The notes: generated by a model from the sequence alone, not told the origin. A stretch of 32,000 nucleotides of DNA from Synechococcus sp. A15-28 (GCF_014280175.1 NZ_CP047931.1:870001-902000), one strand, 5' to 3'. Numbered from the stretch's first letter, positions 1 to 9,264 are shown. Translations and numbers: made by a program.

Positions 1-2
1 GC

Positions 3-128
3 CTGGCCCGTGAACGCGGTTACGGCGTGATCTTCTTTTACTGGGAGGGCCTCTGGGGTCGGCATGTGCCGGAGACCAACCGCCAGCAACGCTTCGATTC
101 CTTCCGGTTGCTGGGGCGTGAGGACTGA
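3..128 (+). CDS. C-terminal end of a truncated CDS (…LARERGYGVIFFYWEGLWGRHVPETNRQQRFDSFRLLGRED*), possibly a family-10-like glycosyl hydrolase/lipoprotein; hypothetical
   Basis: Open frame from window edge ending in TGA at 126-128; tail resembles the end of cyanobacterial GHL10-like proteins (weak recall). Confidence 0.45.
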   Translation: MARERGYGVIFFYWEGLWGRHVPETNRQQRFDSFRLLGRED

Positions 129-131
129 GCC

Positions 132-365
132 TTGACGGAGATCGAGCTCAACCGACTGCGCGCCAAGTTGCGGCGCCTGGCCTTCACCGAGGAGGCGATT
201 GACCGCACCCTGCGGCGATTTCAGAGGGATCTGGAGACCTTTGAATCAGCCAGCCGGATCATCGAGGGCCTTGAGCGTGAGAAACCAGAACAGCAGGTGC
301 TGCAAGCCCTGGCCTGTGGCCTGATCGCGGCCGTGTTGGGGGGATGGTTCGCCACTGTGAGCTAG
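132..365 (+). CDS. Small hypothetical protein with C-terminal hydrophobic segment
   Basis: 77 aa ORF, TTG start 3 nt after the preceding stop; helical N-term and a C-terminal membrane-like stretch (ALACGLIAAVLGGWFA). Confidence 0.5.
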   Translation: MTEIELNRLRAKLRRLAFTEEAIDRTLRRFQRDLETFESASRIIEGLEREKPEQQVLQALACGLIAAVLGGWFATVS

Positions 366-375
366 CTGATGAGAA

Positions 376-1152
376 TCAGGGGCGTTTGAACAGCAACAGC
401 CCCACACACAGCACGCCAATCAAAGGGCCAGGGGGGAGATCCGCGGCAACCGCGAGCATCATGCCGCCGCCACAGAGCAGCAGGCCTGTTCCCGCAGAGC
501 GCAGCATCAACCCCCGCAAGCTCAGGCAGCGGTCCACATGCACCAGCACAGGAGCACAGAGCAGGGCGATCACCAGCACGATGCCCACAGCCGTGATGGC
601 GCTGATCACCACGAGGGCAGTGATCACGATGGCGGTGAAACGAATTCTGGACACCGGGCGTTTGGCCGCGACGGCTCCATCGGGATCGACGCCGAGGAAC
701 ACCAGATCGCTGTAACACCGGCTCAGAAGCACCAGCAGCGCGACGGTTGCCACGGCGGTGCGAATCAGGTCTGCTTCGTTGGCGGCCAGAAGGTCGCCGA
801 ACAGCAGGGTTTCCAGATCAACCCGCGCCTGCAGCAAGGGCACCATCAGCACGCCAAGGGCGGTGAATCCGGCCAGAACAGTGTTCATGGCACCTTCTTC
901 TCGGCCTTTGAAGCGTTGGTTGAGTCGTTCCGCCAACAGCGCCCCGAGCAGTCCGCTGATCAGGCCGCCGATGGTTGGGTCGAGTTCGAAAGCCAGCGCC
1001 AGGATCAGGCCGGGCAAGACCGAATGGGCCATCAGATTGGCCAGCAGGATGCGCCGCTGGGTGATCAGCAGTGAGCCGGTCGCTGGGCAAATCAGCCCGA
1101 TCAGCAGGGCCAGGATCAATGGCGTCAGCCACCAGAGGTCGAGCTCAGCCAC
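376..1152 (-). CDS. znuB: Zinc/manganese ABC transporter permease (ZnuB/ABC-3 family)
   Basis: Multi-TM protein with ABC-3 permease features; overlaps the start of an ABC ATPase and is divergent to a ZnuA-like gene with a Zur-like box. Confidence 0.9.
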   Translation of the reverse strand: MAELDLWWLTPLILALLIGLICPATGSLLITQRRILLANLMAHSVLPGLILALAFELDPTIGGLISGLLGALLAERLNQRFKGREEGAMNTVLAGFTALGVLMVPLLQARVDLETLLFGDLLAANEADLIRTAVATVALLVLLSRCYSDLVFLGVDPDGAVAAKRPVSRIRFTAIVITALVVISAITAVGIVLVIALLCAPVLVHVDRCLSLRGLMLRSAGTGLLLCGGGMMLAVAADLPPGPLIGVLCVGLLLFKRP

Positions 1153-1837
1153 AGCAATAGCTCCCCATCAAGCAGGCCATGTCGTTGAGCTGGTCGCGCA
1201 CCTCAGCGGGGGGTCCCGCGGCAAGCACCCTGCGATCCAGAACGATGACGTGGTCGTAACTGTCGAGGGCACTGCCCCAGTCGTGGCTGCTCACCAGAAG
1301 GGTCTGACCGGAGCTGGCCTGTTGGCGCATCACCCCGAGAAGGTGCTCACGGCTGGGGGGATCGATGGCACTGCAGGGTTCATCAAGCAACAGGACGTCG
1401 CTCTGCTGCATCAAGGCTCGGGCCAGCAGCACCCGTTGCTGTTGGCCACCGGAGAGCTGATTGAGACGCCGCCCCCGCATCTCCCCCATTCCGACCCGCT
1501 CAAGCAGGGTCTCGGCCGTCGTTGTGCCATGGCTTTTGGTTTGTCCAAGCCTGACCATGTCCCTCACGGTGATGGGAAAGGTCCAGTCGATGGCTGCCTT
1601 CTGGGGCATCAGGCCAATGCTGCCGCAGCATTCAAAGGTTCCTCCCGAAGGTTGGAGGCGGCCATGCAACAGATGCAGAAGCGTTGATTTGCCAGCGCCA
1701 TTGGGCCCAACCAGTGCCGTCAGCGTGCCGGGCTGGAGCTCCAGGTCGACACGCTCCAGTGTTGGTTTTGGGCCGTAGCTGTAGCTGAGATTCCTGGCTG
1801 CGAGATGCCCCTTGATGGACGAATGCGGTTCTGTCAC
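1145..1837 (-). CDS. znuC: Zinc ABC transporter ATP-binding protein (ZnuC-like)
   Basis: Walker A GPNGAGKST, signature LSGGQQQRVLLARAL, Walker B DVLLLDEP; GTG start. Confidence 0.9.
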   Translation of the reverse strand: MTEPHSSIKGHLAARNLSYSYGPKPTLERVDLELQPGTLTALVGPNGAGKSTLLHLLHGRLQPSGGTFECCGSIGLMPQKAAIDWTFPITVRDMVRLGQTKSHGTTTAETLLERVGMGEMRGRRLNQLSGGQQQRVLLARALMQQSDVLLLDEPCSAIDPPSREHLLGVMRQQASSGQTLLVSSHDWGSALDSYDHVIVLDRRVLAAGPPAEVRDQLNDMACLMGSYCCG

Positions 1838-1904
1838 AGCTGCGGTGGGTTCACTTCATCATGCGGTCGCGATTGGGTTGCGCCAACCCGTTGAACTGTA
1901 AAAA

Positions 1905-1921
1905 TGATAATCATTCTCATT
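1905..1921. promoter_or_regulatory. Candidate Zur/Fur-family operator (TGATAATCATTCTCATT)
   Basis: Imperfect AT-rich palindrome with TGATAAT/ATTCTCA half-sites in the znuC-znuA divergent intergenic region, just upstream of the preferred znuA ATG at 1930. Confidence 0.7.
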
Positions 1922-1929
1922 CGAGTGTC

Positions 1930-2850
1930 ATGGCGCGTCCTGCGCTTTTGGTCAAGGGTCTGGCGGTCGCCCTGGGCGTTGTCTCGGGTTGTTCAGTCGC
2001 GGCGCAGGCGGCCCAGCCAAGCGTTGTGGCTGTGGATGGAACCCTGTGTGACATCACCCGAACGCTGGTGGGAGCGGCGGCGAAGGTCACCTGCCTGATC
2101 CCCCCGGGTGGTGATCCCCACGGCTACCGCCTCAAGCCCAGCGACCGGCAGGCCATCGCAACGTCGGCAGCGGTGGTTCACATCGGCTTTGGTCTCACCC
2201 CTGCAGCCAATGAGATCACCAGTCCTGGATCTGTCGTGGCCGTTGGCGAACAGGTATTGCCGAATTACAAGGGCAACGACCCCCATGTCTGGCATGACCC
2301 AGCCAACTCGGCCGCCATGGTGTCCGCACTGAGCACTGCTCTGATTCCTGTTCTGCCCGCATCGGAAACAGAAGCTCTAAAAGCTCGCGCGACGGCAGCC
2401 ATTGCTGTGTTCAACGACCTCGGCCGTTGGGGAGCCATTCAGTTTGAAACGCTGTCTCAACCGCATCGGGTGATCGTCACCGATCACAAGACCTATAGCC
2501 ACCTGGCCGATCGCTACGGGGTGGATGAAATTGCCATGCTTGATAGCTACACCACTGGGGGTGTGCTGCGTCCCTCCAGCCTGCGCAGGATCAGCAAGGA
2601 GATCAAAACTTCAGGCGCCAAGGTGATTTTCACGCCATCGATTCCTCCCAACAAAACGCTGCGCAGGATCAGTAAGTCAACCGGATTGCCGATTGCGCCC
2701 ACACCACTGTTTGGTGAGGGAACAGCTGCCGGAGAAACAGCGATCTCCACGGCGGCGATCAACATCTGCACGATGGTGCAAGGGCAGGGCGGGACCTGTG
2801 ATAAGGCCTCTGCTGAGGCCCTGAATGATCGTTGGCAGGCCATTCGTTGA
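1930..2850 (+). CDS. znuA: Zinc ABC transporter substrate-binding protein (ZnuA-like)
   Basis: Signal peptide-like N-term, metal-site segments (GGDPHGYRLKPSDRQ, HVWHDPANSA, VTDHKTYSHLADRYG). ATG at 1930 preferred over the ORF-track start at 1861 because the operator lies inside the longer ORF. Confidence 0.88.
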   Translation: MARPALLVKGLAVALGVVSGCSVAAQAAQPSVVAVDGTLCDITRTLVGAAAKVTCLIPPGGDPHGYRLKPSDRQAIATSAAVVHIGFGLTPAANEITSPGSVVAVGEQVLPNYKGNDPHVWHDPANSAAMVSALSTALIPVLPASETEALKARATAAIAVFNDLGRWGAIQFETLSQPHRVIVTDHKTYSHLADRYGVDEIAMLDSYTTGGVLRPSSLRRISKEIKTSGAKVIFTPSIPPNKTLRRISKSTGLPIAPTPLFGEGTAAGETAISTAAINICTMVQGQGGTCDKASAEALNDRWQAIR

Positions 2851-2919
2851 TGCCTGCTTGACGTTCAGACGTCCAAGCATCCTCAATCTTTTTTCCTCTC
2901 TCTCAACATTTTTTCTCCC

Positions 2920-4023
2920 GTGTTCGTCTTCTCAGCCAAGCCACGTCTCAGGCTCCTGCTTCTTGGCCTGCTTCTGCTTCCTTGCACTGCAGCCCGTCCT
3001 GTCCTGGCCCATGGATCCCATGGGGGAGGTGATGAGGAACTTGAGGCTGGTGAGATTGATTTCACACCTCTGATCACCATCGAAGGGCATGGTGGGTTTG
3101 AAACCAACTTGGATGACAACCCCAAGCATTACGCCATTGATGGATCGTTTGGTGGCGTGTTCCAGTGGGGCTTGGGCAACGGCGGAAGTCTCACCATTGA
3201 AGCCGCCGTGGGACCTTCAGTGGTGTGGGGTGAGGCTGAACATTTTTACGGCAAGGTGCATGTTGATGATGATCATGGTCATGAGGACGATCATGATCAT
3301 CACGACGAACATGCTGAGCACGATCATGACGATGATCACCACGCCCGTCGTCGGCTTTCACGGGAAGATGATCACGACCATCACGATGACCATGACGATC
3401 ATCACGACGAGCACGCTGAGGATGATCATCATGAGCACGCAGAGCATGCCCACGATGAACACGGGCATGGTGATCCTGAGCTAAAACGAACAGACGTTCG
3501 TGGTTTCGTCAGCGTGCGTTACGCACCCAACGATCGCCTCAGCCTCACGGTGGATTGGTTGCCCTATTACGTCACCAAGGATCAAGGTGACGATATCCAG
3601 GGCTTAAAGAATGAGTTGGGTGCTGAAGTGGTTTGGGCGCTTGGCGATGGTGACGTTGATTTCGCACTGGGTGATGGTCTGGAGAACATTCTCGAGGGCG
3701 TTTTTCTCTCAGTGATGCACCGTCAGGGATGGGAATCCGATGGCACCTGGATGGGCAACTACACCGATCCCCGCCTGGGCGTTGGTTTCAACATTGATCA
3801 GATCAATGTCACCATCGATGCCGGGCCTCGTTTCTACACACCTGGCAGCTATTCAGGTTTGAGTCAGCGGACTGACTTTGCCGGTGAAGTGGAAGTCTCG
3901 ATCCCCGTTGGCGATGCCGTTCTGTTCGCCCATTGGAAGCCGACCTACAGCCCGGATGATTCTCCTGGCTGGGGTGAGGGATGGCAGCACCACCTCGGTA
4001 CGGGGGTGACTTTCAGCTTCTGA
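2920..4023 (+). CDS. Secreted/outer-membrane beta-barrel-like protein with long His/Asp-rich insert; putative zinc-associated
   Basis: N-terminal signal-like segment ending in ..PVLAHGSHGG, alternating beta-strand pattern, terminal aromatic residue (…GTGVTFSF*), ~70-residue His/Asp/Glu-rich insert; directly downstream of znuA. Confidence 0.75.
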   Translation: MFVFSAKPRLRLLLLGLLLLPCTAARPVLAHGSHGGGDEELEAGEIDFTPLITIEGHGGFETNLDDNPKHYAIDGSFGGVFQWGLGNGGSLTIEAAVGPSVVWGEAEHFYGKVHVDDDHGHEDDHDHHDEHAEHDHDDDHHARRRLSREDDHDHHDDHDDHHDEHAEDDHHEHAEHAHDEHGHGDPELKRTDVRGFVSVRYAPNDRLSLTVDWLPYYVTKDQGDDIQGLKNELGAEVVWALGDGDVDFALGDGLENILEGVFLSVMHRQGWESDGTWMGNYTDPRLGVGFNIDQINVTIDAGPRFYTPGSYSGLSQRTDFAGEVEVSIPVGDAVLFAHWKPTYSPDDSPGWGEGWQHHLGTGVTFSF

Positions 4024-5346
4024 TCAGCCCGCCGGCAGCCAGCGGGCTTCCTTGATCGGTTCGTCCATCACTTCCCTCACGCGGAGAGTGTCGGCCTCGA
4101 TCAGGGCGGCTCGCCCGCCCTTGAGATCGGGTTGGTTCAACGTCATCAACAGAGTATTGCCGACGGGGTTGTGCTCCATCCCTGTTCCTGGGCTCAGGGT
4201 CCAGGGGGCCAGATTTCGCCGTTTAAGGACGGTGCCTTCGCTGTTGAACTGCACCAGTTCATGTTGGCTGCGCCGGCCCTGCCAGATTCCCAACACCGCC
4301 CAGATCCGATCGCCGGAGCCATTGCAGCTCACCGCCAGCACTGCCTGGTCTCCGAGGTGGAGTTGTCGCGGTGCCAGGCCTGGGATCACCAGTTCGATGG
4401 AGCGGCGGTAGTCCGGCCAATGGCGGATCAGCACCGCGCGGCCCGATGTGGAGCAGAAGGCCCCCAGTTCACGGCTGCCCGGCAGCACTTGGGGAGGCTT
4501 GCCGTTGTCCTTGAGTGGCCGGATGCTGATGCCGTCGTAGCCCGGCACCACCAGGCCACCGCCGGCTGGCAGCAGCTGCATCGGTCCGGAGGAGGGCAGC
4601 TCCAGCATCTGTCGCTCGCCGTTGGCCAGCAGCAGCTCAAGGGTTTCACTGCCCGGTTTCAATCCACCGGTCTGCACCAGCAGATCGCCATTGAGGTTGC
4701 TGCTGATGTGTCCAAACAGCAGATCGCCCTCACTCAGTGGTTCCAGAATGCCTTGGGCAGGAACTCCCAGCTGCTGTTGCGACAAGGCAAGGTTGCGGGG
4801 GGTGAGCCGTTTTTGCCAGATCGTCTCTTTGCCATTGCCGTTACTGCTCACCATGGCGATACCGCTGCCGTTGCCGAGGGGAACCAGGCTCTGCAGCGAG
4901 GCCCAGACAGGGCTGAGGGGATGCCACTGGCCTTGCCGGTCCTGCAGCTGCAGCTGCTCCCCGCCCTCTACTTGCCGCGTCACCAGCAACCACGGGCGTG
5001 GATCCCACCATCGCGTCTGAGGCGTCATCGGTTGCATGCGCTGGTCGCGGCCCGCCAACGTCAGTGAGATGGGGGCATCGATGGGCGTCATCCCCTCGAG
5101 GATCAACCGCAGTCGGTTGCCTTGGCCCAGCCAGCGATGGGGCAGTGCAGGGTCAAGGCTGCTTTCCGCCGCCAGGTAGTTGCGGTGCATCGCGCGGCTG
5201 AAGCTCACGTCCAGCGCCGCTCGCCCGGACTGCAGCCGTTGAGGCTGGAGATCAAGCAGCCGCGGGGCCCGTCGCAGCAGCAGCTGTTGCTGGAGGACCA
5301 CGGTCGCAGCAGCCAAAAGCAGCAGCAGCGTCAGCCTGCGCGTCAT
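4024..5346 (-). CDS. Hypothetical membrane-anchored protein, possibly beta-propeller-like
   Basis: Long 440 aa ORF, N-terminal TM segment; codon-consistent with tandem neighbour; no family recognised with certainty. Confidence 0.7.
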   Translation of the reverse strand: MTRRLTLLLLLAAATVVLQQQLLLRRAPRLLDLQPQRLQSGRAALDVSFSRAMHRNYLAAESSLDPALPHRWLGQGNRLRLILEGMTPIDAPISLTLAGRDQRMQPMTPQTRWWDPRPWLLVTRQVEGGEQLQLQDRQGQWHPLSPVWASLQSLVPLGNGSGIAMVSSNGNGKETIWQKRLTPRNLALSQQQLGVPAQGILEPLSEGDLLFGHISSNLNGDLLVQTGGLKPGSETLELLLANGERQMLELPSSGPMQLLPAGGGLVVPGYDGISIRPLKDNGKPPQVLPGSRELGAFCSTSGRAVLIRHWPDYRRSIELVIPGLAPRQLHLGDQAVLAVSCNGSGDRIWAVLGIWQGRRSQHELVQFNSEGTVLKRRNLAPWTLSPGTGMEHNPVGNTLLMTLNQPDLKGGRAALIEADTLRVREVMDEPIKEARWLPAG

Positions 5347-5996
5347 GGCTCCAGCGGTCGCTCGGGGCGGGGGATGGGCTTGATCACGGTCGGCACCACC
5401 ACAGCGGTGGCTTCACCATTGCGCGGGGCGACCGTCATCCGGCCCTGAATCGCCAACCACTGATTGGCTTTTGGTTTGTCACCCTCTGGCCAGGCCACCG
5501 CCAGTCCCGCTGGGGTGGCATCGGCCAGGCAACAGCGCACGGTGAGCCTGGCGATCAACGGCGGCCCCTCGGGTTGCCGCCACACGAAGCCGCTGATGAT
5601 GACGGGATTTCCGTCCACCAGCTGCGGGTCGGGCTGGCTGCGCAGCAGTCGCACCCATTCCGTGAGGCTGCGCTGCTCCGGCGGCAACACGAAGGCGAGC
5701 TCTGCTGGCTCCGGCAGACCCTGGGGGCGGTTGCTTGCCAGATCACTGAAGGAGGGGTTCGGAGGGATCAGCAACACCAGACAACCCACTGCTGCGCTGA
5801 TCAGCCATGGCCGGCGCGTGGCCTCGCGGCGGCGGCGATGTCGGATCACAAGCAGGAGTCCTGCTGCGAGCAAAACGGCTCCAGAAGCACCCACGAGGCT
5901 GTGAAACACCCCACGCAGCAACAGATCCAGGCGGCCGCTCAGCACGCTCCAGATCACCATCCATCCCCAGAGGATCAGCAGCAATCCGCGACTCAT
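5343..5996 (-). CDS. TIGR03943 family putative permease-complex subunit (DUF1980/COG3689-like)
   Basis: Two N-terminal TM segments, FVWRQPEGPP…CCLADATPAGLAV motif typical of the family; adjacent to DUF318 permease. Confidence 0.8.
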   Translation of the reverse strand: MSRGLLLILWGWMVIWSVLSGRLDLLLRGVFHSLVGASGAVLLAAGLLLVIRHRRRREATRRPWLISAAVGCLVLLIPPNPSFSDLASNRPQGLPEPAELAFVLPPEQRSLTEWVRLLRSQPDPQLVDGNPVIISGFVWRQPEGPPLIARLTVRCCLADATPAGLAVAWPEGDKPKANQWLAIQGRMTVAPRNGEATAVVVPTVIKPIPRPERPLEP

Positions 5997-6009
5997 GCCA
6001 TCCCCCGGA

Positions 6010-6966
6010 TCACAGCTGCCACAGGTTGACCCATTGGCCGATCAACAGCACCCCCAGGCTGGCTGCGACGGCGGTGATGGCAATGGCGCGGGGCCGCATC
6101 AGCACGGTGAACAATCCCGCCAATTTGAGGTCAACCACTGGTCCAAGCAACAGGAAGGCCAGTAGTGCCCCCGGCGTCACCTGCGCCGCGAAACCGAGGG
6201 CGAGGAAAGCATCAACGCTCGAGCACACCGACACCACCACCGCCAGCACCATCAACGCCAGGATTGATCCTGTCGGCGCCCCGCCGATCGCCAGCAGCCA
6301 GCTGCGTGGCAACCAGGTCTGCACGGTGGCGGCGATGACGCAGCCCAGCACCAACAGAGCCAGCAGATCCAGGAATTCGCGACTGCTCTGATCCAGCACA
6401 TCCCGCAGTGATGGGCGCTGCGGCCGTGGTGCCGTGCTGGCGGGCAGCGGTGCACCGATCAACCCGCTGCCCCGTTGCAGCAGGTCAAGCTTGCGCAGCG
6501 GTTGACTGAGGCGCCGTTCGCTCAACAACGCCGCTTCCAGCAGCTGTGTTTCAGGCAGTTGTGCCAGGAGCAAGCTCAGCAGGATGGCCAGAAGGAAGGC
6601 CCCCAGAGGCCTGGCGATCAGCAGCCAGGGTTGATCGGGAAAGGCCGCCCAGGTGCTGGCCAGCACGATCGGATTGAGCACCGGTGCTGCAAACAGAAAT
6701 CCAAAGCCTGTGCCCAGGGGCGCGCCACTGGCGAGCAGGCGGCGGGCGACCGGCACATTGCCGCACTCGCAGGCCGGCAGGGCGAACCCCATCAGTGCGC
6801 CGGTGATCGGGGCGAGCACTGGGTGACGGGGCAACCGGCTGATCCAGGCCCCCTGGGGCACCAGCCAACGGGCCAGGCCTGCGATCACCACCCCCAGCAA
6901 CAGAAACGGAATCGCCTCCAGCAGCAACCCCTGAAAGATCGCCCAGGCGGTGGCCACTCGTTCCAC
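6010..6966 (-). CDS. DUF318/COG0701 family permease
   Basis: Multi-TM protein; motifs GALMGFALPACECGNVPVARRLL…GAPLGTGFGFLFAAPVLNPIV characteristic of the family. Confidence 0.85.
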   Translation of the reverse strand: MERVATAWAIFQGLLLEAIPFLLLGVVIAGLARWLVPQGAWISRLPRHPVLAPITGALMGFALPACECGNVPVARRLLASGAPLGTGFGFLFAAPVLNPIVLASTWAAFPDQPWLLIARPLGAFLLAILLSLLLAQLPETQLLEAALLSERRLSQPLRKLDLLQRGSGLIGAPLPASTAPRPQRPSLRDVLDQSSREFLDLLALLVLGCVIAATVQTWLPRSWLLAIGGAPTGSILALMVLAVVVSVCSSVDAFLALGFAAQVTPGALLAFLLLGPVVDLKLAGLFTVLMRPRAIAITAVAASLGVLLIGQWVNLWQL

Positions 6967-7045
6967 GTTCTGGCAGTTATACCTGAATGGATTCTCACAG
7001 CTTTACCAGCCATGGCGATGGCGCACTGTGCGACGTTGAAGGCTG

Positions 7046-7345
7046 GTGCGGGAGCACGCGGTGCCGTTACGGAGGGTGTTGTCAGGGCTGGTGTTGCTCT
7101 CAACCCTTGGTGCGGCTGCTCATGCTCAGACCCTCGACCAACGCTTTTTCCAGGTGCAGCTGCTGCTGGATCAGATCCAGCTGGCGGCCTCGACTGGAGA
7201 CGCCGCTGGGGTGTGTGCCCTGTCCCGCCGTGCCAACGACCGCTTGCTCGACATTCTTCCGGCCCTGCAGCGGCAGCGCCCTGGGCTTGATCACGCGGCT
7301 CTCCAGGACCGGATTCTTCTGGGGTTCAGCCGCTGCGATCGGTAG
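7046..7345 (+). CDS. Small secreted hypothetical protein
   Basis: 99 aa ORF with signal peptide-like start (VLSGLVLLSTLGAAAHAQ). Confidence 0.6.
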   Translation: MREHAVPLRRVLSGLVLLSTLGAAAHAQTLDQRFFQVQLLLDQIQLAASTGDAAGVCALSRRANDRLLDILPALQRQRPGLDHAALQDRILLGFSRCDR

Positions 7346-7404
7346 GTCCACTCATTGCTGAGCGCTGATCCGCGATCCAGCTTGTTGTCAGTGAATGCAC
7401 TGCG

Positions 7405-7710
7405 ATGGAATTGATCCAGACCTTTCAGAACCGTCTGCTGCGCTATGAGTCGACGGCGCTACGGGATCGCCAGGCCCATTTCAGCGCTGCACGCAATCTG
7501 GCGCGGGCCCAGTTTCTGCTCGGGGATGCTGAACTCAGTCAGCGGTTGTGGCAGGACGTCGCCGATCGGGGGCTGGATGTCGAGCGGATTGAACAGCTGA
7601 TGTACGGCTGCTGGTTTCAGGACGATCCAGAAGCCATGGCTGAGGCCGATGCGGCGTATCAGAGCCGGACGGCACCGCCCGAATCACCAGGCATTTTCGA
7701 GCACTGCTGA
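7405..7710 (+). CDS. Hypothetical protein
   Basis: 101 aa ORF between secreted protein and rsmE, same strand; no family recognised. Confidence 0.6.
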   Translation: MELIQTFQNRLLRYESTALRDRQAHFSAARNLARAQFLLGDAELSQRLWQDVADRGLDVERIEQLMYGCWFQDDPEAMAEADAAYQSRTAPPESPGIFEHC

Positions 7711-7738
7711 TGGCTTTGCCGCCAGGTTTTGAGTTGCG

Positions 7739-8452
7739 GTGAACATCCTGCTGCTGCGCCCAGGGGACAACTGGCTTGATGCGACCACGGTGCACATTAC
7801 TGATCACAGGGCTGATCACCTCCGCCAGGTGTTGCGATCAGTTGTGGGGGAGTTGATCCGGGTCGGCGTTGTGGGGGGGCAGCGGGGTGATGCACGGATC
7901 CAAGCGATCGATGCCACCGGCGTGACCCTCAGGGTTGCACTCAACGAACCGCCCCCGCCACGGCACCGATTCGACATCGTCCTGGCCCTACCGCGCCCGA
8001 AGATGCTGCGCCGGATCCTGCGCACCGTGGCGGAATACGGGGTTTGCAACCTCTTCCTGATCAACAGCGCCCGGGTGGAGAAGAGCTTCTGGCAAACCCC
8101 GCTTCTGTCGACCGACAAGGTGGAGGAGGCCCTGATGGCGGGGATGGAGCGGGCCCGGGACACCGTGGCGCCGGTGGTCCATCAGCACCGGTTGTTTCGC
8201 CCTTTTGTGGAGGATCAACTGTCGACGATCTGCGCCGGTCGCCCCTGCTGGCTGGCGGAGATGGGATCAGCCCTGGCCCTTTCAGCGACCCCCGCCGTAC
8301 CGGCGGTGGTGATGATCGGTCCGGAGGGAGGCTTTGTTCCCTTCGAATTGGAGTTGGCCCAGTCGGTGATCGCGCAGCCGGTGCATCTGGGCACTCGGGT
8401 GCTCAGTGTGGATACGGCATTGACGGCCGCATTGGCGCTGGGTTGGCGATGA
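7739..8452 (+). CDS. rsmE: 16S rRNA (uracil1498-N3)-methyltransferase RsmE
   Basis: Motifs HLRQVLR…GPEGGF…LGTRVLSVDTALTAAL; SPOUT-family knot. Confidence 0.9.
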   Translation: MNILLLRPGDNWLDATTVHITDHRADHLRQVLRSVVGELIRVGVVGGQRGDARIQAIDATGVTLRVALNEPPPPRHRFDIVLALPRPKMLRRILRTVAEYGVCNLFLINSARVEKSFWQTPLLSTDKVEEALMAGMERARDTVAPVVHQHRLFRPFVEDQLSTICAGRPCWLAEMGSALALSATPAVPAVVMIGPEGGFVPFELELAQSVIAQPVHLGTRVLSVDTALTAALALGWR

Positions 8453-8796
8453 TGGATGGCAACGTCAACACTGCATCGATGGGTGAGATGAACGACCAGG
8501 CCGGACTGGAGGCGTTGGTGGCAGATCTGGGCAGCGGCAATGTGATCGATGCCGAGCTGCTGGAGGGTTGTTCGGTAGAGGCCCATGAGCTGGATGAGAT
8601 GGGACCCGAGGAGGCCGCCCAGGTCGCTGCCCACTGTTTTGCCACCTTGTTTGGCCAGACCGTGGAGTCCGCTCAAGGCAGCGAGGCCGATGCGGATGCA
8701 GGCCGCTGGGCCGGAACGCTGGACGGCTTTGGGTTCGTGATAAGCCGGGATGACCTGGGGGACCTGGTGCTGGACTTCAGCGGGCCGGCGTCCTGA
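8449..8796 (+). CDS. Small acidic hypothetical protein
   Basis: 115 aa ORF overlapping rsmE stop; GTG/ATG start; acidic composition. Confidence 0.6.
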   Translation: MMDGNVNTASMGEMNDQAGLEALVADLGSGNVIDAELLEGCSVEAHELDEMGPEEAAQVAAHCFATLFGQTVESAQGSEADADAGRWAGTLDGFGFVISRDDLGDLVLDFSGPAS

Positions 8797-9058
8797 TCAG
8801 CAGCACGAGTCCGGAGACGGTCACCACGACGGTGAGCCCCCCGAGGATCACCGAATAAATCGGTTGAAGGTTGATCGGCCCGAAGTCTCCGGTGTGGATC
8901 TTCAGCAGCCAGAAGGCATCGATGTCATTCTCCAGGAGCAAGCTGTAAAGGGAACCGGTTCCAGCCGTCAGCAACAGCGGTGCTGCAGCGATCGGCACCA
9001 GCCAGCGGTGCAGGCGTCTAGCCTGGCGCTGTTGATTGCGGTTGGGCTGCCTCGTCAT
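8777..9058 (-). CDS. PepSY-associated TM / small membrane protein
   Basis: Two TM segments; RLHRWL…GSLYSLL…WLLKIHTGDFG resembles PepSY-TM proteins. Confidence 0.65.
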   Translation of the reverse strand: MTRQPNRNQQRQARRLHRWLVPIAAAPLLLTAGTGSLYSLLLENDIDAFWLLKIHTGDFGPINLQPIYSVILGGLTVVVTVSGLVLLIRTPAR

Positions 9059-9264
9059 TGCTTGCGCATCTGCTGATGCAACTCCCGTTCATCGGAGCAG
9101 GGCATCCAACGACCGTTGTTCTGGTGAACCGTGGAGCAACCGATCTCCACCGCGCGGCTCATGGCCTCGGCTTCGTTTTCGTACATCCCCTTGCGATGGG
9201 CCTGAGCCCAACCGCTGTAGAGAAGGGATGTGCCAAGCAGCGCGAAGAGAGCGAACCGATGCAT
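9055..9264 (-). CDS. DUF3721 domain-containing small secreted protein
   Basis: Signal peptide then EAEAMSRAVEIGCSTVHQNNGRWMPCSDE: GCxxxH…WMPC pattern of DUF3721. Confidence 0.7.
   Translation of the reverse strand: MHRFALFALLGTSLLYSGWAQAHRKGMYENEAEAMSRAVEIGCSTVHQNNGRWMPCSDERELHQQMRKQ

Noticed and set aside
758-1687. 309 aa ORF antisense to znuB/znuC
   Set aside because: Ser/Arg-rich shadow ORF; both znu genes have full motifs on the other strand.
3265-3472. His/Asp-coding tandem units considered as a CRISPR-like or non-coding repeat
   Set aside because: Repeats are codon-phased and inside a continuous ORF; no spacer-repeat structure.
4132-5067. 311 aa ORF antisense to the 440 aa hypothetical gene
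   Set aside because: Gln/His-rich shadow ORF; the minus-strand frame is longer, has a TM start and is in an overlapping series with the next gene.
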